Shown: piece after piece, positions 1 through 20,500 of the stretch | Numbering within the stretch: the first letter of the stretch is position 1 | Layout of the letters: each line of letters starts with the position of its first letter | NCBI RefSeq assembly: GCF_035084215.1 | Contig: NW_027138796.1 | Coordinates: 1 to 64,000 of the forward strand | Source: Heptranchias perlo | Lineage: Eukaryota | Direction of reading: 5' to 3' | DNA: 64,000 nt | Program-made: the position numbers and the translations under genes | The notes under the pieces: generated by a model | What the model was told of the DNA's origin: nothing | Database searches by the model: none | The model's input: only the letters and a program-made list of their open reading frames with translations

Positions 1-49
1 TCAGTGAACACAGGACAGGAGCAAAAATACTAACCATCCCTGGTGGGAC

Positions 50-1970
50 AGGGCAGTGGGAGCTGGGGAGATGGGGAGAAGGGGCAGTGGGAGCTGGGGA
101 GAAGGGGCAGTGGGAGCTGGGGAGAAGGGGCAGTGGGAGCTGGGGAGAAGGGGCAGTGGGAGCTGGGGAGAAGGGGCAGTGGGAGCTGGGGAGAAGGGGC
201 AGTGGGAGCTGGGGAGAAGGGGCAGTGGGAGCTGGGGAGAAGGGGCAGTGGGAGCTGGGGAGAAGGGGCAGTGGGAGCTGGGGAGAAGGGGCAGTGGGAG
301 ATGGTGGGAAGGGGAACTGGGAGATGGTGAGAAGGGGCACTGGGAGATGGTGGGAAGGGGCACTGGGAGATGGTGGGAAGGGGCACTGGGAGATGGGGGG
401 AAGGGGCACTGGGAGATGGGGGGAAGGGGCAGTGGGAGCTGGGGAGAAGGGGCAGTGGGAGCTGGGGAGAAGGGGCAGTGGGAGCTGGGGAGAAGGGGCA
501 GTGGGAGCTGGGGAGAAGGGGCAGTGGGAGCTGGGGAGAAGGGGCAGTGGGAGCTGGGGAGAAGGGGCAGTGGGAGCTGGGGAGAAGGGGCAGTGGGAGC
601 TGGGGAGAAGGGGGCAGTGGGAGCTGGGGAGAAGGGGCAGTGGGAGCTGGGGAGAAGGGGCAGTGGGAGCTGGGGAGAAGGGGCACTGGGAGATGGTGGG
701 AAGGGGCACTGGGAGATGGGGGGAAGGGGCACTGGGAGATGGGGGGGAAGGGGCACTGGGAGATGGGGGGGAAGGGGGCACTGGGAGATGGGGGGGAAGG
801 GGCACTGGGAGATGGGGGGAAGGGGCACTGGGAGATGGTGGGAAGGGGCACTGGGAGATGGGGGGAAGGGGCACTGGGAGATGGGGGGGAAGGGGCACTT
901 GGAGATGGGGGGAAGGGGCACTGGGAGATGGGGGGGAAGGGGCACTGGGAGATGGGGGGAAGGGGCACTGGGAGATGGGGGAAAGGGCACTGGGAGATGG
1001 GGGGAAAGGGCACTGGGAGATGGGGGAAGGGGCAGTGCGAGATGGGGGGAAGGGGCAGTGCGAGATGGGGGGAAGGGGCAGTGCGAGATGGGGGGAAGGG
1101 GCAGTGCGAGATGGGGGGAAGGGGCAGTGCGAGATGGGGGGAAGGGGCAGTGGGAGATGGTGGGAAGGGGCACTGGGAGATGGTGGGAAGGGGCACTGGG
1201 AGATGGTGGGAAGGGGCACTGGGAGATGGTGGGAAGGGGCACTGGGAGATGGTGGGAAGGGGCACTGGGAGATGGTGGGAAGGGGCACTGGGAGATGGTG
1301 GGAAGGGGCACTGGGAGATGGTGGGAAGGGGCACTGGGAGATGGTGGGAAGGGGCACTGGGAGATGGTGGGAAGGGGCACTGGGAGATGGTGGGAAGGGG
1401 CACTGGGAGATGGTGGGAAGGGGCACTGGGAGATGGTGGGAAGGGGCACTGGGAGATGGTGGGAAGGGGCACTGGGAGATGGTGGGAAGGGGCACTGGGA
1501 GATGGTGGGAAGGGGCAGTGGGAGATGGTGGGAAGGGGCAGTGGGAGATGGTGGGAAGGGGCAGTGGGAGATGGTGGGAAGGGGCAGTGGGAGATGGGGA
1601 GAAGGGGCAGTGGGAGATGGTGGGAAGGGGCAGTGGGAGATGGTGGGAAGGGGCAGTGGGAGATGGTGGGAAGGGGCAGTGGGAGATGGTGGGAAGGGGC
1701 AGTGGGAGATGGTGGGAAGGGGCAGTGGGAGATGGTGGGAAGGGGCAGTGGGAGATGGTGGGAAGGGGCAGTGGGAGATGGTGGGAAGGGGCAGTGGGAG
1801 ATGGTGGGAAGGGGCAGTGGGAGATGGTGGGAAGGGGCAGTGGGAGATGGTGGGAAGGGGCAGTGGGAGATGGTGAGAAGGGGCAGTGGGAGATGGGGAG
1901 AAGGGGCAGTGGGAGATGGGGGGGAAGGGGCCGTGGGAGATGGTGGGAAGGGGCAGTGGGAGATGGTGGG
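50..1970. repeat. 23-bp minisatellite (GGGAGATGGTGGGAAGGGGCAGT and variants) in intron 3 of copy A
   Basis: Direct tandem periodicity with blocks of variant units. Confidence 0.95.
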
Positions 1971-2218
1971 ACAGTGAGGGGAGGCAGCGGGACGGGGCGG
2001 GGGAGGTGATGGGACGGGGCGGCGGGACGGGGCGGGGGAGGTGGCGGCAGGACGGGGCGGGGGGAGGCAGTGGAATGACGCATGGGGAGGCGGCGGATCT
2101 CTGACCTGTGACCCCAGCGGGTGCGACCCCTGAAGTGCAGGATCATGGAATCACCCAAATGATTTTACTGGGGAATGTGAGGCAGGAAATCCCAGCAAAC
2201 CAAAGTGACAGAACTTAC

Positions 2219-3949
<1,731 letters not shown>

Positions 3950-4192
3950 AATCTCCTCCTATTCTCGCAGCTCTTGAGAATGTGCCGCGTGTTCCCGCTC
4001 CCGCTATTTATACCCCGCCCATTGAGCCAGGCCGGGCTCTGATTGGTTTGTGAGAACAAAAGTCTGTGGTTGCTTGGAGAAACAATAATAAACAAGCGCC
4101 GATTGGTTGCTTGATGCAAAAGGCGGGACCAAGTGTTCGCAACAATTGGTTATGGGAGGAGCCCCAGGCAACAAGGGAGAGCCTTTGTCTAA
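3950..4192 (-). promoter_or_regulatory. promoter/5'UTR of tubulin copy A (TATAAATA at 4012-4005, GC box, three CCAAT boxes)
   Basis: Reverse complement of 9923-10165. TATA starts 63 nt upstream of the ATG. Confidence 0.8.
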
Positions 4193-6418
4193 AGACCCCC
4201 ATCAATCAGACCCCCATCAATCAGACCCCCATCAATCAGACCCCCATCAATCAAACCCCCATCAATCAGACCCCGTCAATCAGACCCCCATCAATCAGAC
4301 CCCCATCAATCAGACCCCATCAATCAGACCCCCATCAATCAAACCCCCATCAATCAGACCCCGTCAATCAGACCCCCATCAATCAGACCCCCATCAATCA
4401 GACCCCATCAATCAGACCCCGTCAATCAGACCCCCATCAATCAGACCCCCATCAATCAGACCCCGTCAATCAGACCCCCATCAATCAGACCCCCATCAAT
4501 CAGACCCCGTCAATCAGACCCCCATCAATCAGACCCCCATCAATCAGACCCCCATCAATCAAACCCCCATCATTTAGACCCCGTCAATCAGACCCCGTCA
4601 ATCAGACCCCCATCAATCAGACCCCCATCAATCAAACCCCCATCAATCAGACCCCCATCAATCAGACCCCCATCAATCAGACCCAGTCAATCAGACCCCG
4701 TCAATCAAACCCCCCATCAATCAGACCCCCATCAATCAAACCCCCATCAATCAGACCCCGTCAATCAGACCCCCATCAATCAGACCCCCATCAATCAGAC
4801 CCCCATCAATCAGACCCCATCAATCAGACCCCGTCAATCAGACCCCCATCAATCAGACCCCCATCAATCAGACCCCCATCAATCAAACCCCCATCATTTA
4901 GACCCCGTCAATCAGACCCCGTCAATCAGACCCCCATCAATCAGACCCCCATCAATCAAACCCCCATCATTTAGACCCCGTCAATCAGACCCCCATCAAT
5001 CAGACCCCCATCAATCAAACCCCCATCAATCAGACCCCCATCAATCAGACCCCCATCAATCAGACCCAGTCAATCAGACCCCGTCAATCAGACCCCCATC
5101 AATCAGACCCCGTCAATCAGACCCCCATCAATCAGACCCCCATCAATCAGACCCCAATCAATCAGACCCCCATCAATCAAACCCCCATCAATCAAACCCC
5201 CATCAATCAGACCCCCATCAATCAGACCCCCATCAATCAGACCCCGTCAATCAGACCCCCATCAATCAAACCCCCATCAATCAGACCCCGTCAATCAGAC
5301 CCCCATCAATCAAACCCCAATCAATCAGACCCCCATCAATCAGACCCCCCATCAATCAAACCCCCCATCAATCAGACCCCCATCAATCAGACCCCCATCA
5401 ATCAGACCCCCATCATTCAGACCCCGTCAATCAGACCCCGTCAATCAGACCCCCATCAATCAGACCCCCATCAATCAAACCCCCATCAATCAGACCCCCA
5501 TCAATCAGACCCCCATCAATCAGACCCCGTCAATCAGACCCCCATCAATCAGACCCCCATCAATCAGACCCCGTCAATCAGACCCCCATCAATCAGACCC
5601 CCATCAATCAGACCCCCATCAATCAGACCCCGTCAATCAGACCCCCATCAATCAGACCCCCATCAATCAGACCCCCATCAATCAGACCCCGTCAATCAGA
5701 CCCCCATCAATCAGACCCCGTCAATCAGACCCCCATCAATCAGACCCCCATCATTCAGACCCCGTCAATCAGACCCCGTCAATCAGACCCCCATCAATCA
5801 GACCCCGTCAATCAGACCCCCATCAATCAGACCCCCATCAATCAGACCCCCGTCAATCAGACCCCGTCAATCAGACCCCCATCAATCAGACCCCGTCAAT
5901 CAGACCCCCATCATTCAGACCCCATCAATCAGACCTCCAACCACAGACCCCATCAATTAAGCCCCCATCAATCAGACCACCATCAATCAGACACCCATCA
6001 ATCAGACCCCCATCAATCAGACCCACATCAATCAGACCCCATCAATCAGACCCCCATCAATCAGACCCACATCAATCAGACCCCATCAGTCAGACCCCCA
6101 TCAATCAGACCCAAATCCATCAGCCATAAGGCCTCATCTGTCAGCCACCATATCTCAGAACCACATCCATCAAACCTGCATTCATCAGATCCGCGTCCCT
6201 CAAAGCCCCTATCTTTCAGACCCCCCATACATCAGATCCCCATCTATGAGACCCCCACCTATCTGATCCACATTTGTCTTACCCCATCTATAAGATCCCC
6301 ATCTATCAGACCCACAACTGTCCGACCCCATCAATCAGACCCCATCAATCAGACCCCATCAATCAGACCCACAACGATCCGACCCCATTAATCAGACCCA
6401 CAACTATCAGACCCCCAT
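4193..6418. repeat. 14-15 bp satellite (ATCAATCAGACCCC[C])n upstream of copy A
   Basis: Tandem periodicity, C-rich orientation on the + strand. Confidence 0.95.
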
Positions 6419-9400
6419 CTGATTGACGGGGTCTGATTGATGGGGGTCTGATTGATGGGGGTCTGATGATGGGGGTCTGAGTGATGGGGGTCTGAGTGAT
6501 GGGGTCTGATTGATGACATCTGATTGATGGGGGTCTGATGATGGGGATTGATAGACGGGGTTCTCATTGATTGGGGTCTGATTGATGGGGATCTGATTGA
6601 TGGGGTCTGATTGATGGGGGTCTGATTGATGGGGGTCTGATTGATGGGGTCTGATTGATGGGGGTCTGATTGATGGGATCTGAATGATGGGGGTCTGATT
6701 GATGGGGGTCTGATTAATGGGGGTCTGATTGATGGGATCTGAATGATGGGGGTCTGATTGATGGGGGTCTCATTGATGGGGGTCTGATTGATGGGGGTCT
6801 GATTGATGGGGGTCTGATTGATGGGGGTCTGATTGATGGGGTCTGATTGATGGGGGTCTGATTGATGGGGGTCTGATTGATGGGGTCTGATTGATGGGGG
6901 TCTGATTGATGGGATCTGAATGATGGGGGTCTGATTGATGGGGGTCTCATTGATGGGGGTCTGATTGATGGGGGTCTGATTGATGGGGGTCTGATTGATG
7001 GGGGTCTGATTGATGGGGTCTGATTGATGGGGGTCTGATTGATGGGATCTGAATGATGGGGGTCTGATTGATGGGGGTCTGATTGATGGGGGTCTGATTG
7101 ATGGGGATTGATAGACGGAGTTCTCATTGATTGGGGTCTGATTGATGGTGTCTGATTGATGGGATCTGATTGATGGGGTCTGAATGATAGGGTCTGATTG
7201 ATGGGGATCTGATTGATGGGGGTCTGATAGATGGGGGTCTGATTGATGGGGTCAGATAGATGGGGGTCTCATTGATTGGGGTCTGATTATTGGGGGTCTG
7301 ATTGATGGGGCCTAATAAATGGGGTCTGATGATGGGGATTGATAGACAGGGTTCCCATTGATTGGGGTCTGATTGATGGGATCTGATTGATGGGTATCTG
7401 ATTGACGGGGTCTGATGATGGGTGTCTGATTGACGGGGGTCTGATTGATGGGTATCTGATTGACGGGGGTCTGATTGATGGGGGTCTGAATGATGGGGGT
7501 CTGAATGATGGGGGTCTGATTGACGGGGTCTGATTGATTGGGGTCTGATTGATGGGGGTCTGATTGATGGGATCTGATTGATGGGGGTCTGATTGATGGG
7601 GGTCTGATTGATGGGATCTGATTGATGGGGGTCTGATTGATGGGGGTCTGATTGATGGGATCTGATTGATGGGTATCTGATTGACGGGGTCTGATTGATG
7701 GGTGTCTGATTGATGGGGTCTGATTGGTGGGGGTCTGATTGACGGGGTCTGATTGATTGGGGTCTGATTGATGGGATCTGATTGATGGGGGTCTGAATGA
7801 TGGGGGTCTGATTGATGAGGGTCTGATTGACGGGGTCTGATTGATTGGGGTCTGATTGATGGGATCTGATTGATGGGGGTCTGATTGATGGGGTCTGATT
7901 GACGGGGGTCTGATTGACGGGGTCTGATTGACGGGGTCTGATTGACGGGGTCTGATTGACGGGGTCTGATTGACAGGGTCTGATTGATGTGGGTCTGATT
8001 GATGGGGGTCTGATTGACGGGGTCTGATTGATGGGATCTGATTGACGGGGGTCTGATTGATGGGGGTCTGATTGATGGCGTCTGATTGATGGGGTCTGAT
8101 TGATGGGGATCTGATTGATGGCGTCTGATTGATGGGGGTCTGATTAATGGGATCTGATTGATGGGGGTCTGATTGATGGGGTGTGATTGATGGAGCCTAA
8201 TTGATGGGGTCTGATTGATGGGGTCAGATAGATGGCTGTCTCATTGATTGGGGTCTGATTATTGGGTGTCTCATTGATGGGGCCTAATTAATGGGGTCTG
8301 ATGATGGGGATTGATAGACAGGGTTCCCATTGATTGGGGTCTGATAGATTGGGGTCTGATTGATGGGATCTGATTGATGGGGGACTGATTGATTGGGGTC
8401 TGATTGATGGGATCTGATTGATGGGTATCTGATTGACGGGGTCTGATTGATGGGGATCTGATTGATGGGTGTCTGATTGATGGGGTCTGATTGACGGGGG
8501 TCTGATTGATGGGGGTCTGAATGATGGGGGTCTGAATGATGGGGGTCTGATTGACGGGGTCTGATTGATTGGGGTCTGATTGATGGGGGTCTGATTGACG
8601 GGGTCTGATTGACGGGGGTCTGAATGATGGGGGTCTGATTGACGGGGTCTGATTGATGGGGGTCTGATTGATGGGGTCTGATTGACGGGGTCTGATTGAC
8701 GGGGTCTGATTGATGTGGGTCCGATTGATGGGGGTCTGATTGACGGGGTCTGATTGACGGGGGTCTGATTGACGGGGTCTGATTGATGGGTGTTTGATTG
8801 ATGGGGGTCTGATTGACGGGGGTCTGATTGACGGGGGTCTGATTGACGGGGGTCTGATTGATGGGGGTCTGATTGATGGGGGTTTGATTGATGGGGGTCT
8901 GATTGATGGGGGTCTGATTGATGGGGGTCTGATTGACGGGGTCTGATTGATGGGGGTTTGATTGATGGGGGTTTGATTGATGGGGGTCTGATTGATTGGG
9001 GTCTGATTGATGGGTGTCTGATTGATGGGGGTTTGATTGACGGGGTCTGATTGACTGGGTCTGATTGATGGGGGTCTGATTGATGGGGGTCTGATTGATG
9101 GGGGTCTGATTGACGGGGTCCGATTGATGGGGGTCTGATTGACGGGGGTCTGATTGACGGGGGTCTGATTGACGGGGTCTGATTGATGGGTGTTTGATTG
9201 ATGGGGGTCTGATTGACGGGGGTCTGATTGACGGGGGTCTGATTGATGGGGGTCTGATTGATGGGGGTTTGATTGATGGGGGTCTGATTGATGGGGGTCT
9301 GATTGATGGGGGTCTGATTGATGGGGGTTTGATTGATGGGGGTCTGATTGACGGGGTCTGATTGATGGGGGTCTGATTGATGGGGGTTTGATTGATGGGG

Positions 9401-9922
9401 GTCTGATTGATTGGGGTCTGATTGATGGGTGTCTGATTGATGGGGGTTTGATTGACGGGGTCTGATTGACTGGGTCTGATTGATGGGGGTCTGATTGATG
9501 GGGGTCTGATTGATGGGGGTCTGATTGATGGGGGTCTGATTGACGGGGTCCGATTGATGGGGGTCTGATTGACGGGGTCTGATTGACGGGGGTCTGATTG
9601 ACGGGGTCTGATTGATGGGTGTTTGATTGATGGGGGTCTGATTGACGGGGGTCTGATTGACGGGGGTCTGATTGATGGGGGTCTGATTGATGGGGGTTTG
9701 ATTGATGGGGGTCTGATTGATGGGGGTCTGATTGATGGGGGTCTGATTGATGGGGGTTTGATTGATGGGGGTCTGATTGACGGGGTCTGATTGATGGGGG
9801 TCTGATTGATGGGGGTTTGATTGACGGGGTCTGATTGATGGGGGTCTGATTGATGGGGGTCTGATTGATGGGGGTTTGATTGATGGGGGTCTGATTGATG
9901 GGGGTCTGATTGATGGGGGTCT
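6419..9922. repeat. 14-15 bp satellite (GGGG[G]TCTGATTGAT)n upstream of copy B
   Basis: Same unit as 4193-6418 in the opposite orientation. Confidence 0.95.
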
Positions 9923-10165
9923 TTAGACAAAGGCTCTCCCTTGTTGCCTGGGGCTCCTCCCATAACCAATTGTTGCGAACACTTGGTCCCGCCTTTTGCA
10001 TCAAGCAACCAATCGGCGCTTGTTTATTATTGTTTCTCCAAGCAACCACAGACTTTTGTTCTCACAAACCAATCAGAGCCCGGCCTGGCTCAATGGGCGG
10101 GGTATAAATAGCGGGAGCGGGAACACGCGGCACATTCTCAAGAGCTGCGAGAATAGGAGGAGATT
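9923..10165 (+). promoter_or_regulatory. promoter/5'UTR of tubulin copy B: CCAAT at 9966, 10009, 10069; GGGCGGGG 10095-10102; TATAAATA 10103-10110
   Basis: Canonical Pol II elements in the expected order upstream of the ATG-only coding exon. Further GC boxes at 10177-10193 in intron 1. Confidence 0.82.
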
Positions 10166-17210
<7,045 letters not shown>

Positions 17211-17327
17211 GATTTATTCATTTAGAAAGTAAAAAGAGTTTAACTAAATTTTACATTTATGTTACAAAACGTCTTATTAATTTAGAAAGTAAAATTTCAC
17301 ATTGATGTTACTAATTATATCTAAGGA

Positions 17328-17333
17328 AATAAA
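17328..17333 (+). terminator. polyadenylation signal AATAAA, copy B
   Basis: 118 nt after the stop codon in an AT-rich 3'UTR, at the same offset in copies C and D. Confidence 0.7.
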
Positions 17334-17509
17334 TGTATTTCAAAAATCCTATTGGAATTGTCTCAGTTTAAAATTGAAGACTACACGACAAATTGTAAAA
17401 GAAGGTGGTTGAAGTGAGAAGAGGATCAGTGGACCCAGAATGGGGGTTAATCAAACCTCACAGGGTGCAGATATGAGGATAGATTTTACTTTCAAGAGTA
17501 ACCCCGAAA

Positions 17510-20500
17510 GGATTGATGGAGTCTGTTGGCTGAGGGTCCGATTGATGGGGTTTGATGGATGGGGATCTGATTGATGGGGTCTGATTGATGGGGTCTGATT
17601 GATGGGGTCTGATGGTTGGGTGTCTGATTGATGGGGTCTGATGGTTGGGGGTGTAATTGATGTGGCCTGAAGGTTGGGCATCTGATTGATGTGGTCTGAT
17701 GCTTGGGCGCCTGATTTGATGTGGTCTGATGGTTGGGGGTCTGATTGATGGGGTCTGATTATTGGCAGTCTGATTGATGAGGTCTGATTGTTGGGGGTCA
17801 TTTTGATGGGGGTCTGATGATTGGGGTGTGATTGATGGAGTCTGATGGATGGGGTTTCGTTTGTTGGGGGTCTGATGGTTAGTAGTCTGATTGATGGAGT
17901 CTAATGGTTGGGGTGTGATTGATGGGGTCCGATTGATGGGGTCTGAGGGTTGGGAGTCTGATTGATAGGGTCTGATGGTTGAAGGTCTGATTGATGGGGT
18001 CTGATGGTTGAGGGTCTGATTGATGGGGTCTGATGGTTGAGGCTCTGATTGATGCAGTCTGATAGTTGGTGTTCTGATTGATGGGTCTGATTGATGTGGT
18101 CTGATGGTTGGGGGTCTGATTGATGTGGTCTGATTGATGTGGTCTGATGGTTGGGGGTCTGATTGATGTGGTCTGATGGTTGGGGGTCTGATTGATGGGG
18201 TCTGATGGTTGAGGGTCTGATTGATGGGTCCTGATGGTTAGTGGTGTGATTGATGGGGTCTGAAGGTTGGGGTTCCGATTGATGGGGTCTAATGGTTGGG
18301 GGTCTGATTGATCGGGTCTGATGGTTGGGGTTTTATTGATGGATTCCAAAGGTTGGGGTCTGATTGATGGGATCTGAAGGTTGGGGGTCTGATTGATGGT
18401 GTCTGAGGGTTGGGAGTCTGATTGATGGGCTCTGATGGTTGGCGGTCTGATTGATGGTGTCTGATGGTTGAGGGTCTGACAGATGTAGGTCTGATGGATG
18501 GTGATCTGACAAATGAATCATGACAGATGAGTTCTGTTGGCTGGGGATCTGATAGATTGGGGTCTGAAAGATGTGGGTCTGATAGAAGGGGATCTGATGG
18601 ATGGGGATCTGAAAGTCGGGGTCTGATGGACGTGGTCTGATGAACGCAGGTTTGACGGATGAGGGTCTGAGAGATGGTGGCTGACAGATGAGGTCTTATG
18701 GCTAATGGGCTGATGGATTTGGATCAGATTGATGTGGTCAGTCGGATGTGGGTCTGATAGATGTGGATGTGATAGGTGGGTTCTGATAGGTGAGCGTCCG
18801 ATAGATGAGGGTCTGATAGATGGGTTTTGATAGATGGGGTCTGATAGATGTGGATGTGATAGATGGGTTCTGGTAGATGAGGGTCCGATAGATGTGGATC
18901 TGATAGATGAGGGTCTGATAGATGAGGGTCTGATAGATGAGGGTCTGATAGATGTGGATCTGATAGATGGGGTCTGATAGATGGGGTCTGATAGATGTGG
19001 ATCTGATAGATGTGGATCTGATAGATGGGTTCTGGTAGATGTGGATCTGATAGATGTGGATCTGATAGATGTGGATCTGATAGATGTGGATCTGATAGAT
19101 GTGGATCTGATAGATGTGGATCTGATAGATGGGTTCTGGTAGATGTGGATCTGATAGATGTGGATCTGATAGATGGGGTCTGATAGATGGGGTCTGATAG
19201 ATGAGGGTCTGATAGATGGGGTCTGATAGATGGGGTCTGATAGATGAGGGTCTGATAGATGGGGTCTGATAGATGTGGATCTGATAAATGTGGATCTGAT
19301 AGATGTGGATCTGATAGATGGGTTCTGGTAGATGGGGTCTGATAGATGGGGTCTGATAGATGTGGATCTGATAGATGAGGGTCTGATAGATGGGGTCTGA
19401 TAGATGTGGATCTGATAGATGGGGTCTGATAGATGAGGGTCTGATAGATGGGGTCTGATAGATGGGTTCTGATAGATGTGGATCTGATAGATGAGGGTCT
19501 GATAGATGGGGTCTGATAGATGTGGATCTGATAGATGAGGGTCTGATAGATGGGGTCTGATAGATGTGGATCTGATAGATGAGGGTCTGATAGATGAGGG
19601 TCTGATAGATGAGGGTCCGATAGATGAGGGTCCGATAGATGAGGGTCCGATAGATGTGGATCTGATAGATGTGGATCTGATAGATGAGGGTCTGATAGAT
19701 GAGGGTCTGATAGATGTGGATCTGATAGATGAGGGTCTGATAGATGAGGGTCTGATAGATGAGGGTCTGATAGATGAGGGTCTGATAGATGGGGTCTGAT
19801 AGATGAGGGTCTGATAGATGGGTTTTGATAGATGGGGTTCTGACAGATGGGGTCAGACAAATGTGGATGTGATACATGGGTTCTGACAGATAAGGGTCTG
19901 TTACTTGGGGATCTGATGGATGAAGGTCTGATAGATGGGGGCGTGAGTGTTGGGTGTCTGATGGTTCGAGGTGTGAGTGATGGGGTCTGAAGGATGGTGG
20001 TCTGATGGATGGGGTCTGATGGTTGGTGGCGTGATTGATGGGGTCTGATGGATGGGGTCTGATTGAAGGTGTTTGATGGTTGGGGGTCTGATTGATGGGG
20101 TCTGATGGTTGGTGGTCTGATTGATGGGGTCTGTTGGTAGGGGGTCTGATTGATGGGTCCTGATGGTCGGGGGTCTAATTGATGGGGTCGGATGGTTGGG
20201 GTGTGATTGATGGGGTCTGATGGATGGGGGTCTGATTGATGGGCTTTGATGGTTGGGGGTCTGATTGAAGGGGTTTGATGGTTGGGCTGTTATTGATGGG
20301 GTCCGATGGTTGAGGTCTGATTGATGTGATCTGATGTTTGGGGGTCTGATTGATGGGGTCTGATGGTTGGGATGTGATTGATGGGGTCTGATGGATGTGG
20401 GTGTGATTGATGGTGGTCTGATGGTTGGTGGATTGATTGATGGGGTCTGATGGATGGGGTCTGTTTGAAGGGGTCTGATGGTTGGGGTGTTATTGATGGG

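Noticed and set aside
1-2009. 480-640 aa Pro-rich or Gly/Trp-rich ORFs
   Set aside because: Translations of a stop-free 23-bp intronic minisatellite, open in most frames on both strands.
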